64,000 nucleotides of DNA, from NCBI GenBank assembly GCA_022729235.1, contig JALDAJ010000001.1, forward strand, positions 576,001 to 640,000. Direction: 5' to 3'. Below, one piece after another: positions 27,947 to 37,801 of the stretch (positions within the stretch are counted from its first letter, which is position 1; every line of letters starts with the position of its first letter). The DNA is from Candidatus Nanohalarchaeota archaeon. Lineage in GTDB: Archaea > Nanohalarchaeota > Nanosalinia > Nanosalinales > Nanosalinaceae. Below the pieces are notes generated by a model, which was not told the origin of the DNA, did not search any database, and saw only the letters and a list, made by a program, of their open reading frames with translations. A program made the position numbers and the translations under genes.

Positions 27947-29404
27947 TTACTGGGCTTCAAGCCCTTCTTCCTCAAGTTTTGCTCTAAGTGAGTTTTTCTC
28001 CATATCGTTCATTCCCGTGGAAACGTTCGCGCTCATAGCGAGATACGTTCTCAGTCCGATGTTCATACCCTCCGGTGTCTTGATAGGGTCGATGCGTCCC
28101 CACTGTGTCGGGTGCAGGTCACGCGCCTCGAAGTGCTGTCTCTCGCTTGAAAGAGGTGAGACAACATTTCTGAGGTGTGAAAGAGTCTTGATCCTGTTGT
28201 CTCTGTCAAGTCTCTGGCATACTCCTGTTCTACCTCCTACCCAGTTACCTGTCGCCATAGCTCCCATAATCTGCTTGCTGAGGGTGTCTGAGACGATTGT
28301 GGACTGGAGAGATGGTAGGCGTCCACGTTTCGCGCTCTTCCTGAAGTTGTACTTCATGCGGGCGAGCAGACCCCATTTCCCGAGGAACACTGACCTGAAC
28401 TGCATCTCCAGCAGTTCTCCCGCCAGGTTGAGCCTCTTGTTTGCGTAATGGTCCATGTCGTCTTCATTGATGTCGCCCTTTCCTAACGCGATGGTGTTTC
28501 GTATCATGTTTGCGAGGAACTCTGCCTTTTCCTCGCGGTACTCAGGTTCCTGCCCTAGGTGTGGTAGCAGGTAGTCGTCTAGTATGCTTTCTACACGTTC
28601 TTCGACATCCGATGTGATTCCTGCCTGGTTCGCCACGTATTCGTAGGCTTCTTCCTGGTTGCTCGCATCTGTTTCGTACATGTTCAGGTAGACATCGCTC
28701 GCGTACTCTTCTCCAATAGCCTGTACGATTTCACGGTCAGTCTCGTACCCGAGTGCCCTGATAAGTGCGACTGCCGGTGTTTTCTTCACGTTAGCGAACG
28801 AGATGTTGACGATGTCGTCATCGCGTCTGAGAACGTGTCGCTGTACGTAGCCTGCCTGTTCGGAGTTGATACGGCAGACCTGTTCTCCGTCGTCATCCTG
28901 GTAGATGGGCTTGTTGTCTGCCATCTCTTCCATGCAGATAAGCGTTTTCTCGGAGCCGTTGACTATAAAGTATCCGCCAGGGTCTTCAGGGTCTTCTCCT
29001 GCATCTCTTAACTCCTCGTCGTCCATGTCTGAGGTCCAGCACAGGTCGCCTCCGATCATTACAGGTATCTGACCTATCGTTACTTCCTCAGATTCCTGCT
29101 GTACTCCCTCGAAAATCGGTGTCATCGTGACCTTGATCTCTGAGGAATAAGTGAGGTCTCGCATCCGTGCTTCTTTCGGAAGCACCTTTCTTACGGACCC
29201 GTCTGCCTCGTTGATATGAGGTCTCTTGATATTTACGTCTACTATCTTGATAACCAGTTCCTCTCCTTCCGGGAGGTCGGGTTTAATCTCGCCTACCTCG
29301 TTTAGAATAGCCTGTATCCTGTCTTCAACAAAACGGTTGTAGGAGTCGATCTGGTGTTTAACCATGTTCTGCTCGATGAGCTGGGAGAGGAATTCTTCTT
29401 TCAC
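27947..29404 (-). CDS. rpoB2: RNA polymerase subunit B''
   Basis: HQIDSYN, DPGGYFIVNG, RDLHPTQWG, TPEG. Confidence 0.97.
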   Translation of the reverse strand: MKEEFLSQLIEQNMVKHQIDSYNRFVEDRIQAILNEVGEIKPDLPEGEELVIKIVDVNIKRPHINEADGSVRKVLPKEARMRDLTYSSEIKVTMTPIFEGVQQESEEVTIGQIPVMIGGDLCWTSDMDDEELRDAGEDPEDPGGYFIVNGSEKTLICMEEMADNKPIYQDDDGEQVCRINSEQAGYVQRHVLRRDDDIVNISFANVKKTPAVALIRALGYETDREIVQAIGEEYASDVYLNMYETDASNQEEAYEYVANQAGITSDVEERVESILDDYLLPHLGQEPEYREEKAEFLANMIRNTIALGKGDINEDDMDHYANKRLNLAGELLEMQFRSVFLGKWGLLARMKYNFRKSAKRGRLPSLQSTIVSDTLSKQIMGAMATGNWVGGRTGVCQRLDRDNRIKTLSHLRNVVSPLSSERQHFEARDLHPTQWGRIDPIKTPEGMNIGLRTYLAMSANVSTGMNDMEKNSLRAKLEEEGLEAQ

Positions 29405-29460
29405 TCGAAAACACCTCGGGTGTTTTCTGCGAGTCCAGAATCTCTTTTAGATTCGTTCAT
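29401..29460 (-). repeat. 56-bp hairpin element; mini-ORF MNESKRDSGLAENTRGVFE* ending in GTGA overlap with rpoB''
   Basis: CAGAAAACACCCGAGGTGTTTTCGAG nearly identical to the element before rps19; same 56-nt start-to-start spacing. Confidence 0.75.
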
Positions 29461-29467
29461 GATTGAT

Positions 29468-29704
29468 TCAGCCTTCGATTACGACTCTGTAATAAGTGGT
29501 TTTTCCTGCAGTAGGGCTTTCACGCTCGATCTCAATCACGTCACCGACCTCCGCGTCCATCTGTTTAAGCGCGGCATCAGTCCTCTCGATTCTCGGTAAA
29601 TCCTCTTTTTGCGTACCGTATCTCTCAAAAACCTCTTCGGCTTCATCCTCGTCGAGTTTCCGGTGTTCGGGAACTGCTCGGTGGTCTGTGATGTCAATGG
29701 CCAT
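29468..29704 (-). CDS. rpoH: RNA polymerase subunit H (Rpo5)
   Basis: HRAVPEH, LPRI, RESPTAG, YYRVV. Confidence 0.96.
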   Translation of the reverse strand: MAIDITDHRAVPEHRKLDEDEAEEVFERYGTQKEDLPRIERTDAALKQMDAEVGDVIEIERESPTAGKTTYYRVVIEG

Positions 29705-29797
29705 GTTATCCCTTTGTCGATAGAAGCTACATTCTACTAGACTCGGGTAACCTTTAAATAGGTGGTGACCAGTTACCGAAAGGTATTAAAAAGGGTT

Positions 29798-30469
29798 CTA
29801 GATGTGGAAGTTTACCGCTCTAGAGCCTCTCATACTGGATATGTTTTCTCCGACAATTACATGGTCCAGTACAGTTATTCCGACCTTTTTCGCCGCCTCA
29901 ATTAACTGCTCTGTAACTTCGATATCTTGATCGGTTGCTTCATCACGTCTTGAAGGATGATTATGGGCGAGGACTACGGCTGCCGCGTTTGTCTTCACAC
30001 CTTTCCTCAATACTTCCTGGAAATCGATCTTCACCGAATCTACTCCGCCAGCAAACTCTTTTTCACCAAGCAACTCGTTTCCCGAGGATAGGTAGAAAAC
30101 ACGTAGCTTTTCCTCTTCAAGATACTTCATGTCCTCGACACGCGCTTTAACATCGGAAAGACTCTCCAGTTTCTCCCGTTCCTCTCTCTGCATCCTCCTC
30201 GCCAGCTCCCCGACCGCCTTCAGCTGCCCGGCTTTAACACGGGAGATGCCCTCGAATCCTTGCAGGTCTTCCAGCGACCTGTTTCCGAGTTCCGCCAGTG
30301 AGTAGTTGCGAAGTATCTCGCTCGAAAGCTCCTTCACGTTTTTCCCTTGAATCCCGGTTCTTAGAACTAGTGAAAGAAGTTCAACTTCTGTAAGAAGTTC
30401 TGCGCCATGTTCCTCAAGTTTTTCTCTTGGTCGCTCACTCTGAGGCAACTCTTTGATAGTATAGTCCAT
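29798..30469 (-). CDS. radC: RadC family JAB-domain protein
   Basis: ERPREKL, HhH motif, AHNHPS, VLDHVIV. Confidence 0.93.
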   Translation of the reverse strand: MDYTIKELPQSERPREKLEEHGAELLTEVELLSLVLRTGIQGKNVKELSSEILRNYSLAELGNRSLEDLQGFEGISRVKAGQLKAVGELARRMQREEREKLESLSDVKARVEDMKYLEEEKLRVFYLSSGNELLGEKEFAGGVDSVKIDFQEVLRKGVKTNAAAVVLAHNHPSRRDEATDQDIEVTEQLIEAAKKVGITVLDHVIVGENISSMRGSRAVNFHI

Positions 30470-30537
30470 ATATTAGGCTTTGATTCTTGCGGTAGTTAAA
30501 GGTTACAGCTAAAAAATTCGTGTCTAACTCAGTGGTC

Positions 30538-31323
30538 ATGGAAGAACTTGTCGAAAACCCGGACGTCTCCACTGCGCGTGATATAATAGAGGAGTACGTC
30601 GCGCGGAAGTACACGCTCCAGATCAACGGTTTATGTAGCGTGAACTACCAGGGTCGTGCGAAGTCCAAGCTGGATCGAGGAGAGCGTATCGTAATCGTGA
30701 AGCAGTGCTCCGCGCTGCTGGTACACGGTCCGGAAAACTACCAGCCGAAGAACTGGCAGCCCGAGGTTGATTCCTGGAGCGTTGAGGTCGATGATGAGAA
30801 CGATGAACTCGTGCTGGAGGCGAGGCGTTCCAATCCGGAGGAGCTTGTGGAGATACGGTTCGAGGAGATAGATCTTGTTACCGTGAACAAGATGGTTGAT
30901 AAGTCCGAGCTGAAGATAAGGGGTCACGAAGTTGATATTCATGAGTCGATAGAGGACGACCCTGAGCTTGTGGAAGAAGGGCTCACGGTCATCGAGCGTG
31001 AACGGGAGACTCCTGCCGGTTTCATAGACGTCTTCGCGAGGGACGAGGACGACAACTACGTGGTTATAGAGGTCAAGCGCAACCCGGACTACAACACTGT
31101 CCTCCAGCTACAGCGTTACGTGGACGAGATAGAGGACGAGTTCCGCGGCGATATACGCGGGATATTGGTTGCGCCGAAGATGACGGAGAAAGTCCTCGCG
31201 TATCTTGAGGAGCGCGACCTCGAGTTCGTCGAGGTCGAGATGGAGGACGTCATCGCCTCGTACGAAGCTATTGACAGGTCGCAGAAAGGATTGAGCGACT
31301 TCGGTCCTGAATACGAGACCTAA
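30538..31323 (+). CDS. nucS: Mismatch-specific endonuclease NucS/EndoMS
   Basis: CSVNYQGRA, PKNWQP, GFIDVFA...VIEVKR, QLQRY, GILVAP. Confidence 0.93.
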   Translation: MEELVENPDVSTARDIIEEYVARKYTLQINGLCSVNYQGRAKSKLDRGERIVIVKQCSALLVHGPENYQPKNWQPEVDSWSVEVDDENDELVLEARRSNPEELVEIRFEEIDLVTVNKMVDKSELKIRGHEVDIHESIEDDPELVEEGLTVIERERETPAGFIDVFARDEDDNYVVIEVKRNPDYNTVLQLQRYVDEIEDEFRGDIRGILVAPKMTEKVLAYLEERDLEFVEVEMEDVIASYEAIDRSQKGLSDFGPEYET

Positions 31324-31348
31324 CTCCTGTTTATTCAAAAGTTGCGAG

Positions 31349-31999
31349 CTATTCTTCCTGTAGTTCCCAGTGTTTTAAGCTCGGTGAAAGATCTCTAGTA
31401 TAGCCTTCTGACGGCCAGGTTCTGTGAGAGCTATCAAAGACTCCTACTCTAGTTAGAAGTCTTCCTATCCGACCTCTTTCAGCCCATTCATAGCCTGTGT
31501 CTAGGGCTCTACTATTAGTCCTCTCAAGGTAGTCTTTCTTAGAGAGTAGGGCTTCTCTTTTGTCTCCTACTACCTCATTCCCGGCGTCAAGACCTGTTAC
31601 GTCCCTGAATTTCTGTATTTTATCTCGGTCTTTATCTTCTAGTACTTCTTCTGCAAGGGCTTCGGGACTTATCGGGAAACCGGTGGGGTTCGCATCTTTC
31701 AGATTCCATGCCTCTAGAGCTATCTGTTCAGTTAACCAACGGGCAGGTCTCAGAAGGTCTTCAAATCCTTCTTCGTATCCAACGTCTTGGAGATAGTTTA
31801 TGACTTCATCCTCATATCCTTCCTCGTGCATGTTTTCATCTATTATACGTTTGTGGATGTCCAGCGCGTCCTGCAAATGATATGCATGTTTTTCAGCGGT
31901 CTCTATGTCGTCCCAGAAATCTTCAAATCCGACATCTTTGATTCTTGTACTCCAACCATAGTCTGGAAAATTACGTTCTGACCAGGAAAATTGGCTCAT
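31349..31999 (-). CDS. Hypothetical protein
   Basis: 216-aa acidic orphan. Confidence 0.6.
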   Translation of the reverse strand: MSQFSWSERNFPDYGWSTRIKDVGFEDFWDDIETAEKHAYHLQDALDIHKRIIDENMHEEGYEDEVINYLQDVGYEEGFEDLLRPARWLTEQIALEAWNLKDANPTGFPISPEALAEEVLEDKDRDKIQKFRDVTGLDAGNEVVGDKREALLSKKDYLERTNSRALDTGYEWAERGRIGRLLTRVGVFDSSHRTWPSEGYTRDLSPSLKHWELQEE

Positions 32000-32080
32000 A
32001 GATCATAAATGTGCGGTAGTTTTTATTTTTATGTTGGATTACAGGTTATCCACAAAAATCTTGTTAGCCATCGGAGTATC

Positions 32081-34000
32081 ATGTGCGGCATATCTGGCGG
32101 AGAAAACGCGGAAGAACTGTTACGGAATCTCGAACATAGGGGTGATTCCTCAAGTGTCAGGGAGGGAGAGATAGACCTAGGTCACGTTCTGCACTCGGTT
32201 GTTGGTAATGTTGAGCAGCCGCTGGAGGGAGAGGGTGTTCTCGCCGCGAACTGTGAGATCTACAACTGGGAAGGGCTCGCGAGACAGCTCGGAACGGATG
32301 CCGAGAACGATGCAGAACTCCTGCTTTCACTTCTTGACAGGGAAGGTCTCGACGCGCTGGAACTTCTTGACGGGGTCTACGCGTTCGCCTACTATAATAA
32401 TGGAGAGCTCGTGCTCGCACGCGACCTACTTGGAGTAAAACCTCTGTGGTACTCCCGCGAGCCGTTCGCTTTCGCCTCGGAGAAACAGGCGCTGGAGAAA
32501 GAAGGACTGGAGGCGAAGGAGCTGCATCCCCGACGGGTTCTGAAGTATGATACTGAGACAGACAGCATCGAGTTCGAGCAGAGAGAATTCTTCGAGATCC
32601 CGAAGAACTCAGAGAGAGATATCGATCAGGTAGCGGAGGAGGTCAAGGAGCTGTTCCTGAAAGCTGTTGAGAAGCGTGTTCCTGAAGGCGACCTCGCACT
32701 GCTGTTTTCGGGGGGCGTCGACTCGACCATGGTGGCTACTGCGTTACAGGAACTTGGAGAGGACTTCACGTGCTACACCGCGGGTATCCAGCACGGAAAC
32801 GTTAACGCACCGAGGGATATGGAGTGGGCGGAAAAAGTCGCCGAAGATATGGGTCTTGAACTTGAGTCGTACGAGGCATCGCTTGCGGAGGTCGAGGAAA
32901 CACTTCCTGAGGTAGTTGACTGGATATCTTCTACTAGCGTCGTAAAGACAGGGGTCGCGTTACCGTTTCACTACGCGCTACAGGGAGATGAGAAGGTCGT
33001 GATGAGCGGGCTGGGTTCCGAACAGCTCTATGCAGGTTATTCGCGTATGAAGGAGGGCTACCTGAACCAGGAATGCTTGTCCGGTCTCCGCTCACTCTTC
33101 CACCGCGACCTTTACAGGGATGACGTGGTGGCTATGAGGAACGGTTATGAGCTGAGACTTCCGTTTTTAGATCATGATTTAATTGAGCATGCGTTGTCAA
33201 TTCCGGGAGACCAGAAAGTTAGTGATGATTACAAAAAATATGTGCTCAGGAAGGCAGCGGAAAAACTGGGTGTTCCCGAGGAAGTAGCTTGGCGTGGAAA
33301 AACTGCGGCGCAATACGGCAGTAACTTCGACAAGGCTATAGCTAGGCTGGCGAGGGATAACGGCTTCGACCACAAACAGGGGTACATCAACTCTTTCAGA
33401 GACCGACCTAACAATAAAATCGCAGCTCTCACTTCAGGCGGTAAGGATTCTAACGCCGCACTCTATAGGATAAACCGTAGGAACAACGAGATCGCGTGCC
33501 TGGTCAACCTGCAGTCTGAGAACAGGGACAGCTACATGTTCGATTCCAAAGAGATGAGCATAGTTGAAGAGCAGGCTGAACAGCTCGGCATACCGCTGAT
33601 AGTCCAGGAAACAGAAGGTGAGAAGGAGAAAGAGTTAGGAGATTTGAAGAAGGGATTACAGAGAGCGGTTGAAGAGTACGGTATTGAAGGAGTTGTTGCT
33701 GGCGCTATCGCTTCCACTTACCAGCGTGACCGCGTGGAAAATGTCGCGGAAGAGCTAGGTCTTAAGGTATTTGCGCCGCTGTGGATGGAGGACCAGGAGC
33801 GCTATATGCGGTGGCTGGTAAGAGAGGGCTTCGAGGTCGAGATCACTGAGGTCGCGGCTAGAGGTCTAGAGGAGCGCTGGATAGGTAAAGTACTGGATGA
33901 AGAGTCGGTAGAGGAGCTTATCGATCTATCGCAGGAGTACGGTTTCAATGTTGCCGGTGAAGGCGGTGAGTACGAGACACGGGTACTGGAGTTTCCCTAG
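32081..34000 (+). CDS. Asparagine-synthase-like (Ntn amidotransferase + synthase) fused to diphthine-ammonia ligase Dph6
   Basis: N-terminal MCGI, HRG, NCEIYN, RDLLGVKPL, LFSGGVDS, RLPFLD; then TSGGKDS, SYMF, GAIASTYQ, PLW, GEGGEYET. Confidence 0.9.
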   Translation: MCGISGGENAEELLRNLEHRGDSSSVREGEIDLGHVLHSVVGNVEQPLEGEGVLAANCEIYNWEGLARQLGTDAENDAELLLSLLDREGLDALELLDGVYAFAYYNNGELVLARDLLGVKPLWYSREPFAFASEKQALEKEGLEAKELHPRRVLKYDTETDSIEFEQREFFEIPKNSERDIDQVAEEVKELFLKAVEKRVPEGDLALLFSGGVDSTMVATALQELGEDFTCYTAGIQHGNVNAPRDMEWAEKVAEDMGLELESYEASLAEVEETLPEVVDWISSTSVVKTGVALPFHYALQGDEKVVMSGLGSEQLYAGYSRMKEGYLNQECLSGLRSLFHRDLYRDDVVAMRNGYELRLPFLDHDLIEHALSIPGDQKVSDDYKKYVLRKAAEKLGVPEEVAWRGKTAAQYGSNFDKAIARLARDNGFDHKQGYINSFRDRPNNKIAALTSGGKDSNAALYRINRRNNEIACLVNLQSENRDSYMFDSKEMSIVEEQAEQLGIPLIVQETEGEKEKELGDLKKGLQRAVEEYGIEGVVAGAIASTYQRDRVENVAEELGLKVFAPLWMEDQERYMRWLVREGFEVEITEVAARGLEERWIGKVLDEESVEELIDLSQEYGFNVAGEGGEYETRVLEFP

Positions 34001-34305
34001 TCTCTCTTCAGTTCCTCTGCTATCTGCTTAGTGCTGTTATTCAAGCAGTAGATATCTTTTGACCTAACAGTCGGTCTCTTTAGCTTAATCAAACCTATCT
34101 GTTCGGCAGTATTCAACCAAGATCGGAATACTTCTTCTGTAACTCCGGGACCGACTTTCTCGTAGAGCTCTTGAGGCGTAAGTTCTTCGTTATGGAGCTG
34201 GATAAGGGTCTCATCTCTCCAGTTTCGCTCATTATCTCTGTTGAGGGTTTTATCGGAGCTCTTTTTCCGGTATAGAAAGTTCTTCAAGGTTCTGAGGGAG
34301 GACAT
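33997..34305 (-). CDS. Hypothetical winged-helix-like protein
   Basis: LTPQELYEKV...FRSWLNTAEQIGLI. Confidence 0.55.
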   Translation of the reverse strand: MSSLRTLKNFLYRKKSSDKTLNRDNERNWRDETLIQLHNEELTPQELYEKVGPGVTEEVFRSWLNTAEQIGLIKLKRPTVRSKDIYCLNNSTKQIAEELKRD

Positions 34306-34428
34306 AATAAATTCGGACGAGACCTAGGTGCTTTAAATCCTCTACAGAGAAAAGTATAGGTTCAGATGAATAGGAAAAAGGTAAAGCGTGTAAGTTGTGG
34401 AGTACGAGACATGGTGTAAGGTTTCTTC

Positions 34429-34812
34429 TCAAGAGTAAATACTCTGCGTTTCGAGTACTTTTCTCAGGTCCCCGGGCAAAGAATAGTATACATCGATGTC
34501 AGGGTTTTTGCCTGTTTTTTGTTTCTCCAGGTAGTCTAACTTTTCTTCCCTGTTAAGCCGGCTTCTGAAATGGTTCATACTTGGAGAGTCTCTATCCCCG
34601 ATAGTTTCGTTATATAGCTCTTTTGCTTCGGTTTCTCCATTTTCGTAAAGGTGATCTATAACCTCTCGGAGCCAGCCCCCTTCTACGTGCTCAAGATACG
34701 CTATCAGTTCTTCCTCCCGTGGATTTTCTTCTTTATTCTCGCTTTCCGCGTCTGGTTTTCCACTGTTTTCTCCGTTTAGCAAATGTTTTACTTTCCTAAA
34801 ACCTTCTAACAT
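34429..34812 (-). CDS. Hypothetical winged-helix-like protein
   Basis: AKELYNET...FRSRLNREEKLDYL...YYSL, resembles neighbouring ORF. Confidence 0.6.
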   Translation of the reverse strand: MLEGFRKVKHLLNGENSGKPDAESENKEENPREEELIAYLEHVEGGWLREVIDHLYENGETEAKELYNETIGDRDSPSMNHFRSRLNREEKLDYLEKQKTGKNPDIDVYYSLPGDLRKVLETQSIYS

Positions 34813-34881
34813 GAGGAAGAGATTCTATTAACGGTTTAAACCTACTATTACAGCCTTCTGTAAGAAGAGATGTAAAGAAGG

Positions 34882-36240
34882 TCAGGACAGCATCCTGTCC
34901 TGGTACTCTTCTAGATGCTTCGAGGACTGGTTAACGTCTATGAAGTGTTCTCTTGCCTTCTCAACGTGTTCTTTTGTAATTACTTCTTCACCTTGTTGCT
35001 CGGCTATGTCGTTTGCCGGTGCGATGAGGTGTGATGCGTACCTGAGGGAGGATTCGTCGCCGATCTCTGCTAATGCGTCAAGCGCTTCATCTTCAAACTC
35101 TATGTCCTCGTTCTCAGCTCTGATCTCTACGATCTCCCTGATTTCCTCTTCCCTGTATGGTTCTGTCTCAATGATCAGTAATCGGTCAAGTAGGTCGAGC
35201 GGTAGTCCGTGAGGTGATTCTATGTCTGTGCCTCTGATCTTGGTCTCTCCGCGGTTGGAAGCCATTACGATGATAGGTGAGAACTCGCGCTCCATCGCCC
35301 GGTTCAGGAATGATAGTGCCTCGATGTCCAGCATGTGGACTTCGTCGATGAAGAGTACTCCTGGCATTAGTTCTCCTTTTCCTTTCTCGATCATTTCCTT
35401 GACTTGTTCGTTGACCGCGTTCCTGATATCTTCATCGATTCCTGAGTCTCCTGCACCCAACATAGCTGCGAGTCCGCCACCACTTCTCTGGGCATTAACT
35501 TTGTCCATGTGGTGGAGAGTTAGGGTGTGGGTGAACTCTTTTTCCTGCTGCACGTGTCCAGTGGGTGTTGGAACTAGGTCTGCAACTGAGGCGTCTGCGG
35601 TGTCCTCCCAGTCTTCTTTCGCTTTACCAAGTCTCTGCACTTGACCTGATTCGGAGTCGATCCTGATAACGTCGCCCCTTGTGATGTTCTCCTGCTGTAG
35701 CTGTTGCGCCACTCTCCTACCAAGCCTCAGGTTGCGTGAGTCGTCCTGTGTCTCCAGGGTTACGGAGGCTTCCATGGCTCCTCCCTGAGCCATCGGGTTC
35801 ATGCCCTGTCCCTGTTCGATATCGATGTCCACGACCTTACCTTCGTAGACTTCACGTTCTTCCTGTATCTTCACTCCTAGCGCACGCCGGAACTTCTCTT
35901 TTAGCACCTCGTTCTTGTCCTTGTCAGCGGAGAATATCTCGGAACCGGTCAGCTGGACGAAGGGGATGTCCTGCCCGAGTTCGTTCGCCATTCCAACTGC
36001 TAGAGCCGTTTTACCGGTTCCTGGAGGTCCTGAGAACAGGACTGCACGACCCGCCAGTTTTCCCTTCTTCGCGAGGTTGACCACGTGTCCTGTGGATTCC
36101 CTCGCCTTCTGCTGACCGACCAGTCCGTCACCGGTTTTAGATGCTTCACCGTTTTCATCGATTCCCAGACCCCTGATATGAGAGTGAGAACCGATTCTTT
36201 CGAAATCAACTTCTTCTGATACCTCTTCTATCTGAACCAT
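34882..36240 (-). CDS. RuvB-like helicase TIP49 (Rvb1/2 homolog)
   Basis: HSHIRGLG, GPPGTGKT, GVLFIDEVHMLD, SPHGLPLDLLDR, SLRYA. Confidence 0.95.
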   Translation of the reverse strand: MVQIEEVSEEVDFERIGSHSHIRGLGIDENGEASKTGDGLVGQQKARESTGHVVNLAKKGKLAGRAVLFSGPPGTGKTALAVGMANELGQDIPFVQLTGSEIFSADKDKNEVLKEKFRRALGVKIQEEREVYEGKVVDIDIEQGQGMNPMAQGGAMEASVTLETQDDSRNLRLGRRVAQQLQQENITRGDVIRIDSESGQVQRLGKAKEDWEDTADASVADLVPTPTGHVQQEKEFTHTLTLHHMDKVNAQRSGGGLAAMLGAGDSGIDEDIRNAVNEQVKEMIEKGKGELMPGVLFIDEVHMLDIEALSFLNRAMEREFSPIIVMASNRGETKIRGTDIESPHGLPLDLLDRLLIIETEPYREEEIREIVEIRAENEDIEFEDEALDALAEIGDESSLRYASHLIAPANDIAEQQGEEVITKEHVEKAREHFIDVNQSSKHLEEYQDRMLS

Positions 36241-36332
36241 TTTGTATCGCCTCGAATTCGGAAGATAGAATTTAGATTTAAATATAGGATGGAATACGGA
36301 GTTGTATCGACAACGAAGTCTAGGAGGGATGT

Positions 36333-36800
36333 TTATCCTTCTCCGGGACGCCTATCATATTTTTCTAGACTGTCATCAGGAGGGAGGTATTCATCAAAAT
36401 CTTCTAGCCTGACTTCTACCATGTCCCAGCGGTCTTCATCGCTCTCAATATCCTCTTCAAACACGGTCTCTCCAAAACCGGTTATTCGGTAATACTTTGC
36501 TGTAAAGTTTCCTCTTGTTGATTCAGCGAGACCTTTATTTTCGAGTCTCTTGAAAACAAGACTGTAAGAGCTTTCCGATTGATCTGTTAACCTGTCTAGT
36601 TCAGGCGACATGTGTAGTGGTCTTCTCTTTTCTGAACCTGCTGGAGGGCTGTTCTCGTGTTTTTCAAGGTAGTATAGAAACGCGAGAGCGTTATGGGCAA
36701 CTGGCTTCTCTCCTAGATAGGTTAAAGCCTCCTCTAAAAGGTCTTCATTGTTCTCTTCGGGCTCCAGAAAGTGTCTTAAGTAACTCTTGATTCCGAACAT
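36333..36800 (-). CDS. Hypothetical winged-helix-like protein
   Basis: SYSLVFKRLENKGLAES...YYRITGFG. Confidence 0.6.
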   Translation of the reverse strand: MFGIKSYLRHFLEPEENNEDLLEEALTYLGEKPVAHNALAFLYYLEKHENSPPAGSEKRRPLHMSPELDRLTDQSESSYSLVFKRLENKGLAESTRGNFTAKYYRITGFGETVFEEDIESDEDRWDMVEVRLEDFDEYLPPDDSLEKYDRRPGEG

Positions 36801-36911
36801 AGGATGTTCTAAAGCTCTTCAGATAAAAGCAAAACTGGGATTCGGTGGATGAAAGGATGTGTCTGGCAGGATTTGAAGTCGAAAACAAGTGTAGAACTTT
36901 TTAAGTCGTTA

Positions 36912-37268
36912 TCAGAACCGGATGCTTTTCCTGAGTCCTGCCTTTGCGGGGTCAGGTTCTACTAGCTGGTAGGCGTGGTCCTGGATTTCGGCGAATTTTC
37001 CGCACTGCGGACATCGCTGGTACCCGGAGTGGTCGCCTCCAACTGTTTGCTGGTGACCGCAGCTCCCACAGGACATCAGTGTTTTTAGGTGTTCTACGTC
37101 AAGGTCGATGCGTTCCAGTATGGTGCCGCGGGCGAAGTGGTTGAAAAGTGATTCAAAGGTATCGGGGTCGCACAGGTTCTGGTTGATTCTAACTCTAGCT
37201 GATCCGTTGGTAGAAATGCGGGAGAGATCCTGCATGACTCCGATTACCACGTCGCCTACTTTGTCCAT
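36912..37268 (-). CDS. HypA/HybF-like zinc-ribbon protein
   Basis: DPDTFESLF..ARGTILE, CGSCG...CPQCG. Confidence 0.7.
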   Translation of the reverse strand: MDKVGDVVIGVMQDLSRISTNGSARVRINQNLCDPDTFESLFNHFARGTILERIDLDVEHLKTLMSCGSCGHQQTVGGDHSGYQRCPQCGKFAEIQDHAYQLVEPDPAKAGLRKSIRF

Positions 37269-37372
37269 TAACTAACCCTCTTGGTATTCCCTTTCCCCCT
37301 AAGGATGCACTTCCTCACAACCTTTATTTAAGTTAACGGCTCCGGATATCGACGCCGGTTCTCCCGCTTTTT

Positions 37373-37798
37373 TTACGGCAGGACTGGTTCGAGGTATTCC
37401 CTGTTTTTCTTGATATACATCGCCGCGATTGATACCGTGATTATGGCGGAATTTGCTTCAAGGCTGTATGCGGACACCAGTGAAAGAGAGAACTGATGTC
37501 CTAGAGGGAAGAGTAATGGGATGCTGGAGTATGTGAGAATGTCAAGGAACAGGTGCGAGCTATAGCCCAGGAAGCAGCTCTCAGCTGATACTCTATCTTC
37601 TGTATAGGTGTATACTAGTAGGGTGAAAACAGATGCGGCGAATATAGAATGCATTATACCGTGGTATGTAAACGGGTAAGTGTGGTTGAGGAGGAAGTCA
37701 AAACTCGGGACTAGAGCAAAAATTACTGCTGTAACAAGTCTTTTATCAAGTATGTAGGCTAGAGACAGGGCGAAAACGGCATATGTTAAAGATATCAT
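37373..37798 (-). CDS. YdjM-like membrane metal-dependent hydrolase
   Basis: HGIMHS, GYSSHLFLD, PLLFP. Confidence 0.75.
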   Translation of the reverse strand: MISLTYAVFALSLAYILDKRLVTAVIFALVPSFDFLLNHTYPFTYHGIMHSIFAASVFTLLVYTYTEDRVSAESCFLGYSSHLFLDILTYSSIPLLFPLGHQFSLSLVSAYSLEANSAIITVSIAAMYIKKNREYLEPVLP

Positions 37799-37801
37799 GG
37801 T

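Noticed and set aside
29798-30469. radC as marker of a mobile element
   Set aside because: It is the full-length chromosomal form, with no integrase, att sites or cargo nearby.
32009-32080. In-frame upstream ATGTGCGG duplicating the asnB start
   Set aside because: The Ntn domain needs Cys at position 2 of MCGISG (32081). The upstream stretch is AT-rich promoter-like sequence, so this is probably coincidence.
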